Part shown: piece after piece, positions 61,801-64,000 of the stretch
Position numbering within the stretch: position 1 is the first letter of the stretch
How the letters are laid out: the number at the start of each line of letters is the position of its first letter
Assembly: GCF_004010195.1 (NCBI RefSeq)
Contig: NC_057719.1
Location: 56,059,297-56,123,296 of the forward strand
Origin: Chiloscyllium plagiosum
Lineage: Eukaryota
Reading direction: 5' to 3'
Length of the DNA: 64,000 nucleotides
Position numbers and translations under genes: made by a program
Notes under the pieces: generated by a model
Seen by the model: only the letters and a program-made list of their open reading frames with translations
Databases searched by the model: none
Told to the model about the DNA's origin: nothing

Positions 61801-63017
61801 TGGTTTCCTTACCTGTACTGTCTGTTATTAATATAGGTGCCATGGTATGGCAGCATGAGCACTTTCACATTTTAAAATAAAAATTACAAGTGACAATAAA
61901 AGACTGTTCTATTCCATTCAACTCTATTCTGATGTTTCCACAACTATTGTTGGAGTGCTTCTGAGTCTAATCAGTACCTAATTGATTGCATTCTGTGGAA
62001 ACGCTGTATCCAATAACAATGTTTCCAGTTTGGGTTTTGGAGTAGTAGACAGCAACCTATGGATCTGACGAATTATGAACATTAGTTGTAACAGTTTCAT
62101 GCATCAGGTTAAAAGTTGTGTGTTCGCAGCTGGCCTCCTAACCAAGATACTAGTAGGAGAAATTTGGAATAAATCCAAAGTACCTCATTCTTACATCAGA
62201 ATACACCAAGGCAGATGGTCATAATGCAATATCGAATATCCCAATTTCTTGGAAACTCTAAGGATCCAGATTAGAAACTTGTGAAAGGCTGCTGAGCCAT
62301 AGATGAGCCTGTCCATTCTCCCTGACTGTGCCAGCTGAAATGGGTGAACAGAAATAAATACTTCTCACATAATCCAACCAAATCTGTGCAGAAAATAAAT
62401 ACACATCTACATAAATAAGTTAATGAGCAAATTAAAACTTTCAGCAGACTGAATTATGCTTTGAATCTCTGATGAACACCCATGAAATATGAAAATATTG
62501 CAGGATTAAAATTCAGTTTTTTTTAGAAATGCCACAATCTTGGCATAAAAAGGTCACAGCAGCATTAACGTTCTTTGCCTCAGCTCATTTTAATGTGGCT
62601 GCAAGAAACATACAGGAACCTCACTCAGGAATCAATTTAATAATTTACATTTGGTTGGAATTGCTAGGGAACTCTGTCAGCTACGTCTAGCCAGCAATAC
62701 TAATTTAGCTACATTTTGTATTCCAAATCTGTCTTTTCTTGAAGTAAAACCACCTCTGGGTTAACTATATAGAGAATTATTATTCAAATCAAATCAGCTG
62801 TTAAAGGCATTTCTTAATAGTAGGTACCATATCAGAACTATTTTAAACTGGTAGATCACCATGGGTAACAAAATGTACCAAAATTTTAAGCCATGAATCC
62901 AGAAGCAACAACACACTTTGGGGTTAATTTTGAGTTTGTCAATTGTGTAAAACTGGTAATGACAAAGTCGTAACATATCTTCCATCTGCACTGTTTTTCC
63001 TTAATTCTATTGAAATA

Positions 63018-63245
63018 CAGGTCATTCTGCTATAATGTGACAGTTGTGATCTTCTGTGACCCCGCATTATAAAAATTGTGCTATGGAAAAGCGCTATAGA
63101 AAATCGCACTATAGAAGATCATTAATTGAAAAATGCTCTACCCGTTCAGTAGAAAGTCTGCGTTATCTAAACAATGTCCACAATTCATCAATTGTGTTAC
63201 AACCAATTCGTGCTGATGAAACATGTGTTATAGCAGAACAGCCTG
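63018..63245. mobile_element. Tc1/mariner (Tigger/pogo-like) MITE, 228 bp
   Basis: TIRs CAGGTCATTCTGCTATAA and (reverse complement) CAGGCTGTTCTGCTATAA; TA at 63016-63017 and 63246-63247. Confidence 0.85.
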
Positions 63246-63349
63246 TATGGAAAACAAACACAATCACTTTAAATGGATTTTTGTCTGCATCTGTTCTCCA
63301 AATGAGCTGGGAAAAGTAGTCAGTGGAAAACTGATATAGTGTCCATTCT

Positions 63350-63705
63350 CCGGGGCATGGTTAGGATAAATAGACAAAGTCTTTTCCCTGGTGTAGGCGA
63401 ATCCAGAGCTAGAGGACATAGGTTTAGGGTGAGAGGGGAAAGATACAAAAGAGACCTAAGGGGAAACTTTTTCACTCAGAGGGTGGTACGTGTATGGAAT
63501 GAGCTGCCAGAGGAAATGGTGGAGGCTGGTACAATTACAACATTTAAAAGGCATTTGGATGGGTCTATGAATAGGAAGGGTTTGGTGGGATATGGGCCAG
63601 TTGCTGGCAGGTGGGTCTAGATTGAGTTGGGATATCTGGTTGGCATGGACAAGTTGGACCGAAGGGTCTGTTTCCATGCTGTACATCCCTACAACTCTAC
63701 AACTC
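63350..63705 (+). mobile_element. CR1 (HER1-like) 3' end
   Basis: Closely similar to 30808-31155; FFTQRVVRVWNELP. Confidence 0.92.
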
Positions 63706-64000
63706 CTTATTTTTACAATAGCCAAAAGGACAGGTGATGATGCAGAGAATATCAGCATTTCCAGATCATAAACTATCAACAGAAAGAGAAACATTGTAAT
63801 GAACTATACCTACCAACCTAGGCACATTCTGATACAGATAGGCAAAATGAAAAATTGATACAGGGCATTTCATAACTCAAAAAGCAAACAAATATGAGAA
63901 TATTGGAGATGGTGTATGATGTGCTAAAGCAGAAGCTTAGAAAGTGAAGGACACTGATCAACCAGATAATAATCTCTGGGGTCCCGAAAAGACAAGTATT

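Overview
This is AT-rich eukaryotic DNA dominated by transposable-element remnants, very likely from a cartilaginous fish (shark or ray). The evidence is HE1-type V-SINEs that share a 3' tail with HER1/CR1 LINEs, Deu-domain SINEs, and L1, Rex1/Babar and Penelope-like elements (PLEs). I can identify no intact host protein-coding gene: the long ORFs are decayed RT or endonuclease fragments, or antisense and repeat artefacts, so the window looks intergenic or intronic. The most interesting signal is a set of minimal hammerhead-ribozyme (HHR) motifs (stem I-CUGAnGA-A-stem II-GAAA-NN-UH-stem I) in PLE termini. Four copies form compact 180-230 bp fold-back insertions with a 35-41 nt unpaired tail and 11-15 bp target-site duplications (TSDs). 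Their fold-back points, and the 5' truncation points of single-arm copies, cluster at the 5' edge of the ribozyme. Also present: a nested insertion with readable TSDs (37.6-40.5 kb), a perfect 114-bp ectopic duplication, a consensus CTCF site, a TA-flanked MITE, and Gypsy gag and Harbinger Myb/SANT remnants. Family names come from motif recognition by eye, not database searches. Boundaries of old elements are approximate (tens of bp).
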